Source of the DNA: an uncultured Candidatus Saccharibacteria bacterium
GTDB lineage: Bacteria > Patescibacteriota > Minisyncoccia > Phycocordibacterales > GWA1-40-21
Direction: 5' to 3'
Length of the DNA stretch: 64,000 bases
NCBI GenBank assembly: GCA_964613715.1
Contig: CAZTJK010000001.1
Coordinates: 9,990-73,989, forward strand
Of this stretch, positions 18,331-28,400 are shown piece after piece. Numbering within the stretch: the stretch's first letter is position 1; every line of letters begins with the position of its first letter. Position numbers and translations under genes: made by a program. The notes under the pieces were generated by a model. It was not told where the DNA came from. It did no database searches and saw only the letters and a program-made list of their open reading frames with translations.

Positions 18331-19550
18331 CAATCCAAGACCTCATGCATGAGACATCATCAGCCTTGCTTGCGAACAAAGTCCGTACCATCCTTACCAT
18401 GCTCGGTATCATCATCGGCATCGCATCGGTCATTGCTATGCTTGCGATCGGTCGTGGCGCCGCAAACTCGATCCAGTCATCAATACAGTCGATCGGCTCG
18501 AATCTTGTGGTCATCACGCCGGGGACACAACGGACTCCGGGTAGCCAGATCAATGTCGGCCGGGGCACCGCCAATACCCTGACAGCTGATGATGCAAATG
18601 CTATCGCAACAGAAGTGACGAGCGCCGAAGCGGTAGCGCCTGATGTCACGACGCGAAAGCAGGTGGTTGCCGCAGGAACAAATACCAATACATCGATCAT
18701 CGGCACAGTGCCCGCATATATGACTGTCCGCAATGTCACGGTGGAAGATGGTCAGTTCTTCACAGATGATCAGGTAGCTGGTCTTGCCCGGGTGGCAGTG
18801 CTCGGCCCCACCACACGGGACGATCTCTTCGGTGCGGATGCCGATGCGATCGGGCAAGTCATCCGCATCAACAGCAATCAGTTCACGGTGATCGGTATCA
18901 CGAAAGCGAAAGGAGGATCGGGATTCAATAACGGTGATGATGCCGTATATATCCCGATTTCGGTCGCACGGCAATTTCTGACTGGAAATCATTACGTATC
19001 GACGATCAGTGTGAAGGCGACAAGCGCCGATCTCGTCACCGATGTACAAAATCAGACAACGAGCATCTTGCTGGCGCGCCATAATATCAGCGACCCTACA
19101 AAAGCAGATTTCAGCACGCTCAATCAATCCGACATACTCTCGACCGCATCGACCGTCACGTCCACCCTCACATACCTCCTTGCAGCGATTGCCGGCATTT
19201 CGCTTGTCGTCGGCGGCATCGGCATCATGAACATGATGCTCACGACAGTGACAGAACGCACGCGCGAAATCGGCCTGCGCAAAGCGATCGGCGCGAAAAA
19301 GCACGATATCCGGCTACAGTTTCTCGTTGAATCCATAGCGCTGACGGTCATTGGCGGCATTCTCGGAGTCATCTTCGGCTTTCTCATCGCGACGATACTA
19401 TCAATCACTGGTATCATTGCCGCACAGGTGACGCTCGGCCCGGTACTCTTATCATTTGGAGTATCTGCACTCATCGGCATCGCTTTCGGCTACTATCCGG
19501 CAGCCCGCGCATCAAATTTCAACCCGATCGACGCCTTGCGCTACGAATAA
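18327..19550 (+). CDS. MacB/FtsX-type ABC permease
   Basis: LTMLGIIIGI, VGGIGIMN, ERTREIGLRKAIGA, PIDALRYE. Confidence 0.93.
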   Translation: MTIQDLMHETSSALLANKVRTILTMLGIIIGIASVIAMLAIGRGAANSIQSSIQSIGSNLVVITPGTQRTPGSQINVGRGTANTLTADDANAIATEVTSAEAVAPDVTTRKQVVAAGTNTNTSIIGTVPAYMTVRNVTVEDGQFFTDDQVAGLARVAVLGPTTRDDLFGADADAIGQVIRINSNQFTVIGITKAKGGSGFNNGDDAVYIPISVARQFLTGNHYVSTISVKATSADLVTDVQNQTTSILLARHNISDPTKADFSTLNQSDILSTASTVTSTLTYLLAAIAGISLVVGGIGIMNMMLTTVTERTREIGLRKAIGAKKHDIRLQFLVESIALTVIGGILGVIFGFLIATILSITGIIAAQVTLGPVLLSFGVSALIGIAFGYYPAARASNFNPIDALRYE

Positions 19551-19552
19551 TA

Positions 19553-20404
19553 TTATTTGAAAAGATCGAAAAATTTGACCGGATCGATCGAAATGCCACC
19601 GATCCGGACGCTCACATGCAGATGTGGTGCATTTGCATAGCCTGTTTCGCCGGAAAGGCCAATACGCTGTCCCGGAAGGACAAGCTGTCCCTGATTGACG
19701 AATATCTTCGACAAGTGCATATAAAACGTCTCGAGCCCGAGCCCATGATCGACAACTACCGTCTTGCCATAGACAGTGAAATTTTTCACGAGCCGCGCAA
19801 CGCCGCGATTTGCAGCATAGACTGGTGTACCGATTGCCGCCTGAAAATCAGTACCCTTATGAACGATAGTATACGCGCCGGTCTGACGATCGTATCCATA
19901 AGGATCGGTAACAGTCGCATATGACAGAGGATACGAAAACGACTTTGTCCAAAAAGCTTTCGCGCCGGTTGTAAGCGATGCAAGAATCATATTTTCTATG
20001 CTGAGCGTATCAACTACCTTCGCCTGATTTGCCGGGGCATTGCCGCCGAGTTTTTCGGGAATACCAAGCGGCGCTCGATACATCTGGCGTTCTTGTACTG
20101 CAAGCGTCGTGCTGCTTTCCCGTCCATCAGTAAGGCGCACAAAAATAGGGAATGTGCCTGTCGCATGGCGTATATCGATGCCGAGGAGCACAGACGGCTC
20201 TGCATGATATATGAATATAGGAAGTATTTTTCCATCGAACACTATGCGCTGTATTTCAGCTTTGGTAACGCCCTGCACATGAATGAATGCTGGTTCGCCT
20301 TGCAGCACCGTATCCGGCGTGACGGATACCGAAAAAATTCCTTGGGCACTGGCACAGAGGGGGAGGAAAAAACCGATTGCGAATAGGGAAAAGCGAAGGT
20401 TCAT
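19553..20404 (-). CDS. M23 family metallopeptidase
   Basis: HKGTD, YMHLS, PHLH; signal peptide. Confidence 0.88.
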   Translation of the reverse strand: MNLRFSLFAIGFFLPLCASAQGIFSVSVTPDTVLQGEPAFIHVQGVTKAEIQRIVFDGKILPIFIYHAEPSVLLGIDIRHATGTFPIFVRLTDGRESSTTLAVQERQMYRAPLGIPEKLGGNAPANQAKVVDTLSIENMILASLTTGAKAFWTKSFSYPLSYATVTDPYGYDRQTGAYTIVHKGTDFQAAIGTPVYAANRGVARLVKNFTVYGKTVVVDHGLGLETFYMHLSKIFVNQGQLVLPGQRIGLSGETGYANAPHLHVSVRIGGISIDPVKFFDLFK

Positions 20405-20435
20405 AAGCTTATTCTACCATGGCACAGAGGCTTAT

Positions 20436-20556
20436 TTGACAAATATGGTTTCAACCTATATGATGCAAGGGATTAAGAAGTATCTGCGAATGCAAGGATA
20501 GTCGTCTTTCGTTTCAAAAGAACTCTTAAGTTTATTAGTTCGTAACGAAGTTCAGA
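20436..20556 (+). promoter_or_regulatory. promoter and 5' leader of the RRM gene
   Basis: TTGACA-17-TATGAT (20436-20464), about 85-nt leader with short hairpins. Confidence 0.55.
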
Positions 20557-20823
20557 ATGAAGAAATTGTACGTTGGTGGCATTGCATATGCTACTAAGGA
20601 ACAGGCGTTGGCAGACGCTTTCGCGAAAGCGGGAGAAGTCGCATCAGCTGTTATTATCATGGATAAGATGACCGGCCGCTCAAAGGGCTTTGGTTTCGTC
20701 GAAATGGCGACCGAAGACGGAGCAAAAGCTGCCATCGACATGTGGAACGGCAAGGAGCTCGATGGCCGCAAATTGACGGTCAACGAAGCCCGCCCACGCG
20801 AAGAAAGACCAAGCAGATACTAA
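20557..20823 (+). CDS. RRM (RNP-1) RNA-binding protein
   Basis: KLYVGG (RNP2), KGFGFVEM (RNP1), LTVNEARP. Confidence 0.93.
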   Translation: MKKLYVGGIAYATKEQALADAFAKAGEVASAVIIMDKMTGRSKGFGFVEMATEDGAKAAIDMWNGKELDGRKLTVNEARPREERPSRY

Positions 20824-20833
20824 ATCTCGCTTA

Positions 20834-20869
20834 AAACAAAAAAGACCTCGAGAGGGGTCTTTTTTGTTT
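20834..20869 (+). terminator. intrinsic terminator
   Basis: AAACAAAAAAGACCTC-GAGA-GGGGTCTTTTTTGTTT. Confidence 0.8.
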
Positions 20870-20883
20870 GCTATACTATTTCC

Positions 20884-21630
20884 ATGTCCGAATACTACAA
20901 AGGCACGCGAGGTGCGGCATGGAATTATGGCGGAGGTAATTGGAAGTTAAGCCGGTCGAAAATCGACCTGTTTCTCGAGTGTCGGCGCTGTTTCTACTTG
21001 GATAATAAGCTCGGGGTCAAGCGCGTCCCGGGTTTCCCGTTCTCGATCAACTCATCGGTGGACCATCTGCTGAAGCAGGAGTTTGATACGCATCGGGCAA
21101 AAGGCGAGAAACACCCGATCCAGAAGGAATACGGCATAGATGCCAAGCCTGCGCCGCATGCAGAACTCGATGAATGGCGCAGGAATTTCGGCGGCGTGCG
21201 ATACATGCATGCGCCGACCGGGTTCGTCGTGACCGGCGCGATCGACGATCTCTGGGTGAATAGCAAAGGGGAATATATCGTCGTCGACTATAAAGCGACA
21301 GCAAAAGAAGAGGCGGTGAAAGAGCTCGACAAGGAGTGGCAGGATGGGTACAAGCGACAGATGGAAGTGTATCAGTGGCTCTTGCGCAAAAACGGACTTA
21401 CGGTCTCGGATACCGGATACTTCGTCTACTGCACGGGCAGGATGGATCGCCAGGCTTTTGACAAGCGGATAGATTTTGACGTCAATCTCATCGCATATAG
21501 GGGCAATGACGCATGGGTGGAAAAGACTCTGACAGATATTAAGAAGTGTCTGGACGGCGCCATGCCGAAATCAAATGAAAATTGCGACTGGTGCGCATAC
21601 CGCGCCGCTGCTGAAAAAGCCGAGAACTAA
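20884..21630 (+). CDS. PD-(D/E)XK nuclease (RecB/Cas4-like)
   Basis: LSRSKI..CRRCF, GAIDD, VDYK, QMEVY, CDWC. Confidence 0.8.
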   Translation: MSEYYKGTRGAAWNYGGGNWKLSRSKIDLFLECRRCFYLDNKLGVKRVPGFPFSINSSVDHLLKQEFDTHRAKGEKHPIQKEYGIDAKPAPHAELDEWRRNFGGVRYMHAPTGFVVTGAIDDLWVNSKGEYIVVDYKATAKEEAVKELDKEWQDGYKRQMEVYQWLLRKNGLTVSDTGYFVYCTGRMDRQAFDKRIDFDVNLIAYRGNDAWVEKTLTDIKKCLDGAMPKSNENCDWCAYRAAAEKAEN

Positions 21631-21851
21631 CGATATTCCTGTTTGCTGTAGCGAATACTCGTAGCGTGAGCCATTGCTTCTTCCGGAGAAACTTCATTTT
21701 TATCAAGGCGAGCAAGAAGCTTTTGGAGTGCGGGCAGTTCGGAATCATTCGTACCCATGACGCTGCATTCCTGCATCATCAGGCCGATATGATTTTTGGC
21801 AGCTTCTTTTTCCTTTCCGGTATCAATAAGAGTCGATATATGCTCATGCAT
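21627..21851 (-). CDS. small hypothetical protein
   Basis: 74-aa ORF with TATTAT 6 nt upstream. Confidence 0.55.
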   Translation of the reverse strand: MHEHISTLIDTGKEKEAAKNHIGLMMQECSVMGTNDSELPALQKLLARLDKNEVSPEEAMAHATSIRYSKQEYR

Positions 21852-21895
21852 GCGACCATAATATCATAAGGAAAACTTTGTTGATAACGAGTAAT

Positions 21896-22164
21896 TTGAC
21901 TTTTTGCGGCCTGTCAGCTACACTGTCTGCAGCTTAAGAGAGGAATGAGTTGCGGGCGAAAGCGGCCAAAAAGTAAGCTGGTTAAAGTCTTGCTTAAAAA
22001 AATAAGATAAATTTTGAGAGAGGAATAAGATACCTTGATGGGAGAGGTGTCTTTTTGTGTTGTGTATAGGCTTCCTCGAATCGAACCTGGCATTTTTCTT
22101 ACTTTTTTACGCAGGAACGGCTGGCAAGCGGGACATTATTATTAGCAATCAGCATTCAGCAACT
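21896..22164 (+). promoter_or_regulatory. rpoB promoter and long structured leader with internal terminator-like hairpin
   Basis: TTGACT-17-TACACT; hairpin 21930-21980; AAGATACCT/AGGTGTCTT plus T run at 22027-22056. Confidence 0.6.
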
Positions 22165-25100
22165 ATGAAGACGATGAAACGGCCGGCAAATATCCTCACC
22201 GAGGGCGTGACCGGCGGAAAGTTCGAGAAGAAGTATTTCGGCAGATTCAAGGAACCCCTCGTGGATATCCCAAATCTCGTCGATCACCAGGTCCGCTCAT
22301 ACGAGTGGCTCTTGAAGGATGGCATCAAGGAAGTCTTGAAGGAATTCTCGCCGATCAAGGACTATGCCGAAAAGAAATTCGAGCTCTCATTCACCGGCTT
22401 TGATGTTACGCCACCATCATATGACGAGTTCCAGGCAAAGGAAAAGAAAATCTCCTATGAAGGCCAGCTCAAAGCGAAGGTGAAGCTCAAGAACCGCTCT
22501 CTCGGCTCAGACATCGAACAGGAAATCTTCCTCTCGGATATTCCTATGATGACCGGCCACGGCACCTTCATCGTCAACGGCATCGAGCGTGTCATCGTCC
22601 CGCAGCTTGCCCGTTCATATGGCATTTTCTTCACCTTGAATGACGCCAAGGGCAAGAACTTCTTCGGTGCAAAAGTCATCCCGGCACGCGGCGCATGGCT
22701 TGAGATCGAATCCGAAGCCGACGGTGCGATCTATGTGAAAATCGACAAGAAGCGCAAATTCGCGATCTCTTCGCTCTTGCGCATTTTCGGCGTGAAAACT
22801 GAAAAGGAGATTCGCGATCTCTTCAAGGGAAATGAAGCTGTCGTCAAAGCGATCGAGAATACGCTCCTGAAGGATCATGCAAAGACGCAAGATGATTCCT
22901 ATATCGAAATCTACAAGCGCCTGCGTGATGGCGACCTTGCCGCAGTTGAAAACGCCAAGGAATTCATCAAATCGATTTTCAGCGCCGAGCGCTATGACAT
23001 CTCGAAAGTCGGCCGCTTCAAATTCAACAAGCGCTTCGGCAAGCCGATGGATGAGAAATCCCTCGAGCAGAAAGCGATCACGCTTGATGACCTGGTCACC
23101 ATTATCGGCAAGATCGTCGAGCTCAACAATGATCCGGAAGCCGTTGAAGACGATATCGATCATCTTGGCAGCCGCCGCGTCAGATTCGTCGGCGAGCTCC
23201 TGCAGGCAAAGATCCGCGTCGGTATGGCACAAATGAAGCGCAATATCCAGGACCGCATGTCGACCATTGATCCGGACATCAAGATGCCGGTGCAGTTCGT
23301 TTCCGCACGCCCGCTCCAGGCCCGCATCAAGGAATTCTTCACCACGAACCAGCTGTCGCAGTTCATGCAGCAGACCAATATCCTCGAAGAAATCGAGCAT
23401 CTGCGCACACTCTCCGCGCTTGGCCCAGGCGGTCTGACCAAAGAGCGCGCCGGCTTCGAAGTGCGCGATGTCCACCCATCGCACTACGGCCGCGTCTGCC
23501 CGATCCACACGCCAGAAGGCCAGAACATCGGCCTTATCTTGCGCTTGTCTACGTACGCCCGCGTCAATGATTTCGGCATGATCGAAACGCCGTATGCGAA
23601 AGTGAAAAACGGCATCGTTACGAAGGAAATCAAGTACTTCAACGCCCTTGAGGAGGAAAACTTCAAGATTGCGCACGGTGCCACCGCATATGATGAATCA
23701 GGAAAAATCACCGAAAAGGAAGTCGAGGTCCGCGTCAATGGCACGCCACAGATCGCCCGCCGCGAAGATGTCGAGCTCATTGACGTTTCCGCAAACCAGG
23801 CATTCTCGATTGCGACGAACATGATGCCGTTCTTGAACCACGACGACGCGAACCGCGCGCTCATGGGCACGAACATGCAGAAGCAGGCTGTCCCGTGCGT
23901 GGTGCCTGAAGCGCCGCTCGTTGCCACCGGCATCGAAATGGAAGCAGCGCGCGACACCGGCCGCATTATCTATGCAGAAGAAGAGGGAACGGTCAGCGCA
24001 GTCGATGCATCGAAAGTCATCGTCAAAAGCGCGAAAAACGGTAAGGAGAAGGAGTACAAGCTTGTCAGCTTCTCGCGCACGAACGGCTTTACACCGTTCC
24101 ATCAGCGCCCATCCGTTTCACTTGGAAAAAAAATAAAGAATGGTGATTTGCTTGCGTACACGTCTTCGTCCGTCGGCGGAAAGATGTCCATCGGCCAGAA
24201 CGCGATCGTCGCATTCATGACCTGGAAAGGCGCGAACTTTGAAGACGCAATCATCCTCTCTGAGCGCCTCGTGAAAGACAGCAAATTCTCATCAGTGCAT
24301 ATCGAGGAATTCATCGTGAATGTCCGCGATACCAAGCTTGGCCCTGAAGTCACGACACATGACATCCCGAATGTCGGCGAAGGCAAGCTGAAAGACCTGG
24401 ATGAAGACGGCATTGTACGCATCGGTGCGGAAGTCATGCCGGGCGATATCCTCGTCGGAAAGATCACCCCGAAAGGCGAGACGCAGCTCACGCCTGAAGA
24501 GCGCCTGCTCCGTTCCATCTTCGGTGAAAAAGCACGCGACGTGAAAGATACGTCAAAACGCCTCGAGTCCGGCAAGCGTGGCCGCGTCATTTCAGTCAAG
24601 ATCTTCTCTCGCGAAAGCGGCGACAAACTCGAAAGCGGCATCATCAAGCGCATCCATATCGAGGTCGCGCAGCTCAGAAATATCTCAGTCGGCGACAAGC
24701 TTGCCGGCCGCCACGGCAATAAGGGTGTTATTTCGCGCATTTTGCCTGTCGAAGACATGCCATATATGGAAGACGGCACGCCAGTCGATATTATTCTTAC
24801 TCCGCTCGGCATCCCGAGCCGTATGAATCTTGGCCAAATTCTTGAATTGCATCTCGGCCTTGCGGCAAATACGCTCAATTATCAGGCGGTTGTTCCACCA
24901 TTCATGGGTGCAAGCGAAACTGAAATCAAGGAAGAGCTCGTCAAAGCCGGCTACAAAGAGAATGGCAAAGTAAAGCTCTTCGACGGACGCGATGGTCAGT
25001 CCTATGACCAGGAAATTTCCGTCGGCTACATGTATATCCTGAAGCTGCATCATGAAGTGGAAGACAAGATCCATATGCGCTCGATTGGTCCGTACTCGAT

Positions 25101-25392
25101 GATCACGCAGCAGCCGCTTGGCGGACGCGCGCAAGGAGGCGGCCAGCGCTTCGGCGAAATGGAAGTCTGGGCATTGCTCGGCTATGGCGCGGCATATACG
25201 CTCCGCGAAATGCTTACGATCAAGTCCGACGATATCGTCGGCCGCTCGGCAGCATTCGATTCGATCGTCAAAGGCGAACGGATCAAACAACCAAATATTC
25301 CCGCATCGTTTAATGTGCTTCTGAACAGCTTGAGGGGTCTCGCACTTGACGTCGAACTCAAGAACGAAAAGAAAGACGAAGACAAGGCATAA
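22165..25392 (+). CDS. rpoB: RNA polymerase beta subunit
   Basis: GDKLAGRHGNKG, GGQRFGEME, QLSQFM; ATG start 22165 (or 22174). Confidence 0.98.
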   Translation: MKTMKRPANILTEGVTGGKFEKKYFGRFKEPLVDIPNLVDHQVRSYEWLLKDGIKEVLKEFSPIKDYAEKKFELSFTGFDVTPPSYDEFQAKEKKISYEGQLKAKVKLKNRSLGSDIEQEIFLSDIPMMTGHGTFIVNGIERVIVPQLARSYGIFFTLNDAKGKNFFGAKVIPARGAWLEIESEADGAIYVKIDKKRKFAISSLLRIFGVKTEKEIRDLFKGNEAVVKAIENTLLKDHAKTQDDSYIEIYKRLRDGDLAAVENAKEFIKSIFSAERYDISKVGRFKFNKRFGKPMDEKSLEQKAITLDDLVTIIGKIVELNNDPEAVEDDIDHLGSRRVRFVGELLQAKIRVGMAQMKRNIQDRMSTIDPDIKMPVQFVSARPLQARIKEFFTTNQLSQFMQQTNILEEIEHLRTLSALGPGGLTKERAGFEVRDVHPSHYGRVCPIHTPEGQNIGLILRLSTYARVNDFGMIETPYAKVKNGIVTKEIKYFNALEEENFKIAHGATAYDESGKITEKEVEVRVNGTPQIARREDVELIDVSANQAFSIATNMMPFLNHDDANRALMGTNMQKQAVPCVVPEAPLVATGIEMEAARDTGRIIYAEEEGTVSAVDASKVIVKSAKNGKEKEYKLVSFSRTNGFTPFHQRPSVSLGKKIKNGDLLAYTSSSVGGKMSIGQNAIVAFMTWKGANFEDAIILSERLVKDSKFSSVHIEEFIVNVRDTKLGPEVTTHDIPNVGEGKLKDLDEDGIVRIGAEVMPGDILVGKITPKGETQLTPEERLLRSIFGEKARDVKDTSKRLESGKRGRVISVKIFSRESGDKLESGIIKRIHIEVAQLRNISVGDKLAGRHGNKGVISRILPVEDMPYMEDGTPVDIILTPLGIPSRMNLGQILELHLGLAANTLNYQAVVPPFMGASETEIKEELVKAGYKENGKVKLFDGRDGQSYDQEISVGYMYILKLHHEVEDKIHMRSIGPYSMITQQPLGGRAQGGGQRFGEMEVWALLGYGAAYTLREMLTIKSDDIVGRSAAFDSIVKGERIKQPNIPASFNVLLNSLRGLALDVELKNEKKDEDKA

Positions 25393-25410
25393 ATCAGAAC
25401 GAACAAACAT

Positions 25411-28400
25411 ATGAACATCAACACAACAAAAGGAAAAGAAACGAAAGGGGAGTTCAATATTGTCTCTCTCGGCCTTGCTTCTCCGGAAATCATCGCAAAG
25501 TGGTCCTTCGGCGAGATCACCAAGCCGGAAACGATCAATTACCGCACGCAGCGCTCCGAGCGCGGCGGCCTCTTCGACGAGAAGATATTCGGTCCAGACA
25601 AAGATTATGAATGCTATTGCGGCAAATACCGTGGCATCCGCTACAAGGGCATCGTCTGCGAAAAGTGCGGCGTCGAAATCACCCGTTCCATTGTGCGCCG
25701 TGAGCGCATGGGTCATATCGAGCTTTCAAGCCCGGTATCGCATATTTGGTTTTTGCGCGGCACACCGTCGCGCCTCGGCCAGGTGCTCGGCATGTCGGTC
25801 GCTGATCTTGAAAAGGTGATCTATTTTGCTGGCTATATTATCACGAAGATGTATCCTGCAGAAAAAGAGCGTATCCTGAAGGAAATCGAAAATGAATTCA
25901 AGAACAAGGTCAAGAATGTCGGCGACGACAAGACCAAGGAAGCATTGAAGGAAATGGCGCTCACTGCGAAAAAGGAAGTCGAGGGCATCAATGAAGGCAA
26001 GGTGCTCGACGAAGTCGCCTATCACAAATTCTCCATGAAATACGGTGCTGCGTTCGAAGCAGGTATCGGCGGAGAAGTCATTTATGAAATACTCAAGAAG
26101 GTCAATCTGCATGATCTTGAAAAGAAAATCGTCGCCGGCCTCGAGAAGGCAAACGCGATCGACAGCGAGAAGTTGAACAAGCGTCTCTCGCTCATCCGCT
26201 CGCTCATCGCATCGAATGAGCGCCCAGAATGGATGTTCCTGACCAAGATCCCGGTTATCCCGCCGGCGCTTCGCCCGATGGTACCGCTTGATGGCGGACG
26301 CTTCGCGACTTCGGATGTCAACGACCTGTACCGCCGCGTCATCAACCGCAATAACCGCTTGCTGAAACTCAAGGAAATCAATGCGCCGGATGTCATTCTG
26401 CGCAATGAGAAAAGAATCTTGCAGGAAGCCGTCGATGCACTCATCGACAACAATATCCGCCATGGCAATACGCTCTTCTCGGCACTCGGCAATGCGGCCC
26501 AGAAGCGCCCACTCAAATCCCTCGCTGAAAACCTGAAAGGCAAGCGTGGCCTTTTCCGCTCGAACCTCTTGGGTAAGCGCGTGGACTATTCCGGCCGCTC
26601 GGTCATCGTCGTCGGTCCGGAACTCAAGCTCAATGAATGCGGTCTGCCGAAGCATATGGCACTCGAGCTTTTCCGCCCGTTCGTCATCTCGCAACTCTTG
26701 AAAAAGGAGCTTGCATACAATATCCGTGGCGCAGGACGCCTGATCGACGACGGCGTGCCACAGGTATGGGCAATCCTCGAAGAGGTCATTAAAGACAAAT
26801 ATGTGCTCTTGAACCGCGCACCGACCTTGCACCGCCTCGGCATCCAGGCATTCCGCCCGATCCTCATTGAAGGCAATGCTATCCAGGTGCATCCGCTTGT
26901 CTGTACCGCATTCAATGCGGACTTCGACGGCGACCAGATGGCTGTGCACGTGCCGCTTTCCGAGGAGGCGCAGCTTGAAGCACATGAGATCATGGCTTCC
27001 GACAAGAACATCATGAAACCGGGCGACGGCGATCCGACGATTTCTTCGAAATTGCTCGATATCGTCCTCGGCTGCTATTGGATGACCAAGATCATCGAGG
27101 GTGAGAAAGGCGAAGGAAAATATTTCCAATCCGCGAACGCGGCGATCACTGCGCACGATTTCGGCATTGTCGGCTTCAGAACGAAAATAAAAGTGCTGCC
27201 GTCAGACAAACCAAAATACAAGCAGTTCAATGGCGAGCTGTTCGAAACGACCGTCGGCCGTCTCCTGTTCAATAGCGTTCTGCCGGACAATTATCCGTTC
27301 GTGAACAAGGAAATCGACAAGAAAGCGATGGTGAAGATCATCGACGATCTCATCATCGAGCACGGCCCGAACAAGATCGGCCCGATCATGGACAAGATCA
27401 AGAACTTCGGATTCAAATATGCGACCCATTCGGGTGTCACCTGGAGCCTTGACGATATCAAGGTGCCGGCAAAGAAGGAATCTATCATTGCAACTGCAAG
27501 ACAGAAATCCATCGAGGTCATGAGCGAATTCAGCGAAGGTCTCCTCTCGGAGGAAGAGCGCATCCGCCTCAATATCGAAATCTGGCAGAATGCCAAGGGC
27601 GAACTCGAAAAGATCATGCCATCGACCCTCGACACCAACGGCTCGGTATACGACATGTGGAAATCAGGCGCCCGCGGCTCCCTCGGCTCCATCGTCCAGA
27701 TGGCGGGTATGAAAGGCCTCATTCAGAACGTTTTGGGCGACACAATCGAGCATCCGGTCATCAATTCTTATAAAGAAGGTCTGACCCCGATCGAATACTT
27801 CATCACCACGAACGGTTCACGCAAAGGTCTTACCGATACCGCGCTGAATACCGCAAAGGCAGGCTATCTGACCCGCCGCCTCTTCGACGTTGCTCAAGAC
27901 ATCATCATCACCGAGGCCGATTGCGGCACGAAAGATGGCATTACCATCGATCGCGCGACCGGTATGGAAACCGGCTCATCGATCGCCAAAAAGATCCGTG
28001 GCAGGATTCTTGCCGAAGACTGCGCAAGTGCGGATGGCAAAGTAGCATTCAAGAAAGGCGCACTGCTGACCAAGGATGATGCGCAGAAAATCGACGATGC
28101 TGCCATCGAGAAAATCATCATCCGTTCGCCGCTTTCCTGCAAGACGCTCCATGGCATCTGCTCGAAATGCTACGGCATGGATCTCGGCAAAGGAATGCTG
28201 ATTGACCTTGGCGAAGCAGTCGGTACGATCGCTGCCCAGGCTATCGGCGAACCGGGCACCCAGCTCACTATGCGTACCTTCCACGCTGGTGGTACGGCAT
28301 CGGTCGGCGGCGACATCACTCAGGGTCTTCCACGCGTCGATGAAATCTTTGAAAAGCGCCGCCCGAAGAATCCGGCAGTCGTCGCAACCGTCAACGGCCA

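Noticed and set aside
20884-21630. Cas4-like nuclease as a sign of CRISPR-Cas
   Set aside because: No repeat-spacer array or other cas genes in the window; stand-alone PD-(D/E)XK proteins are common.
22615-27156. Long antisense ORFs within rpoB/rpoC (353, 343, 476 aa)
   Set aside because: Shadow ORFs caused by codon bias of highly expressed genes.
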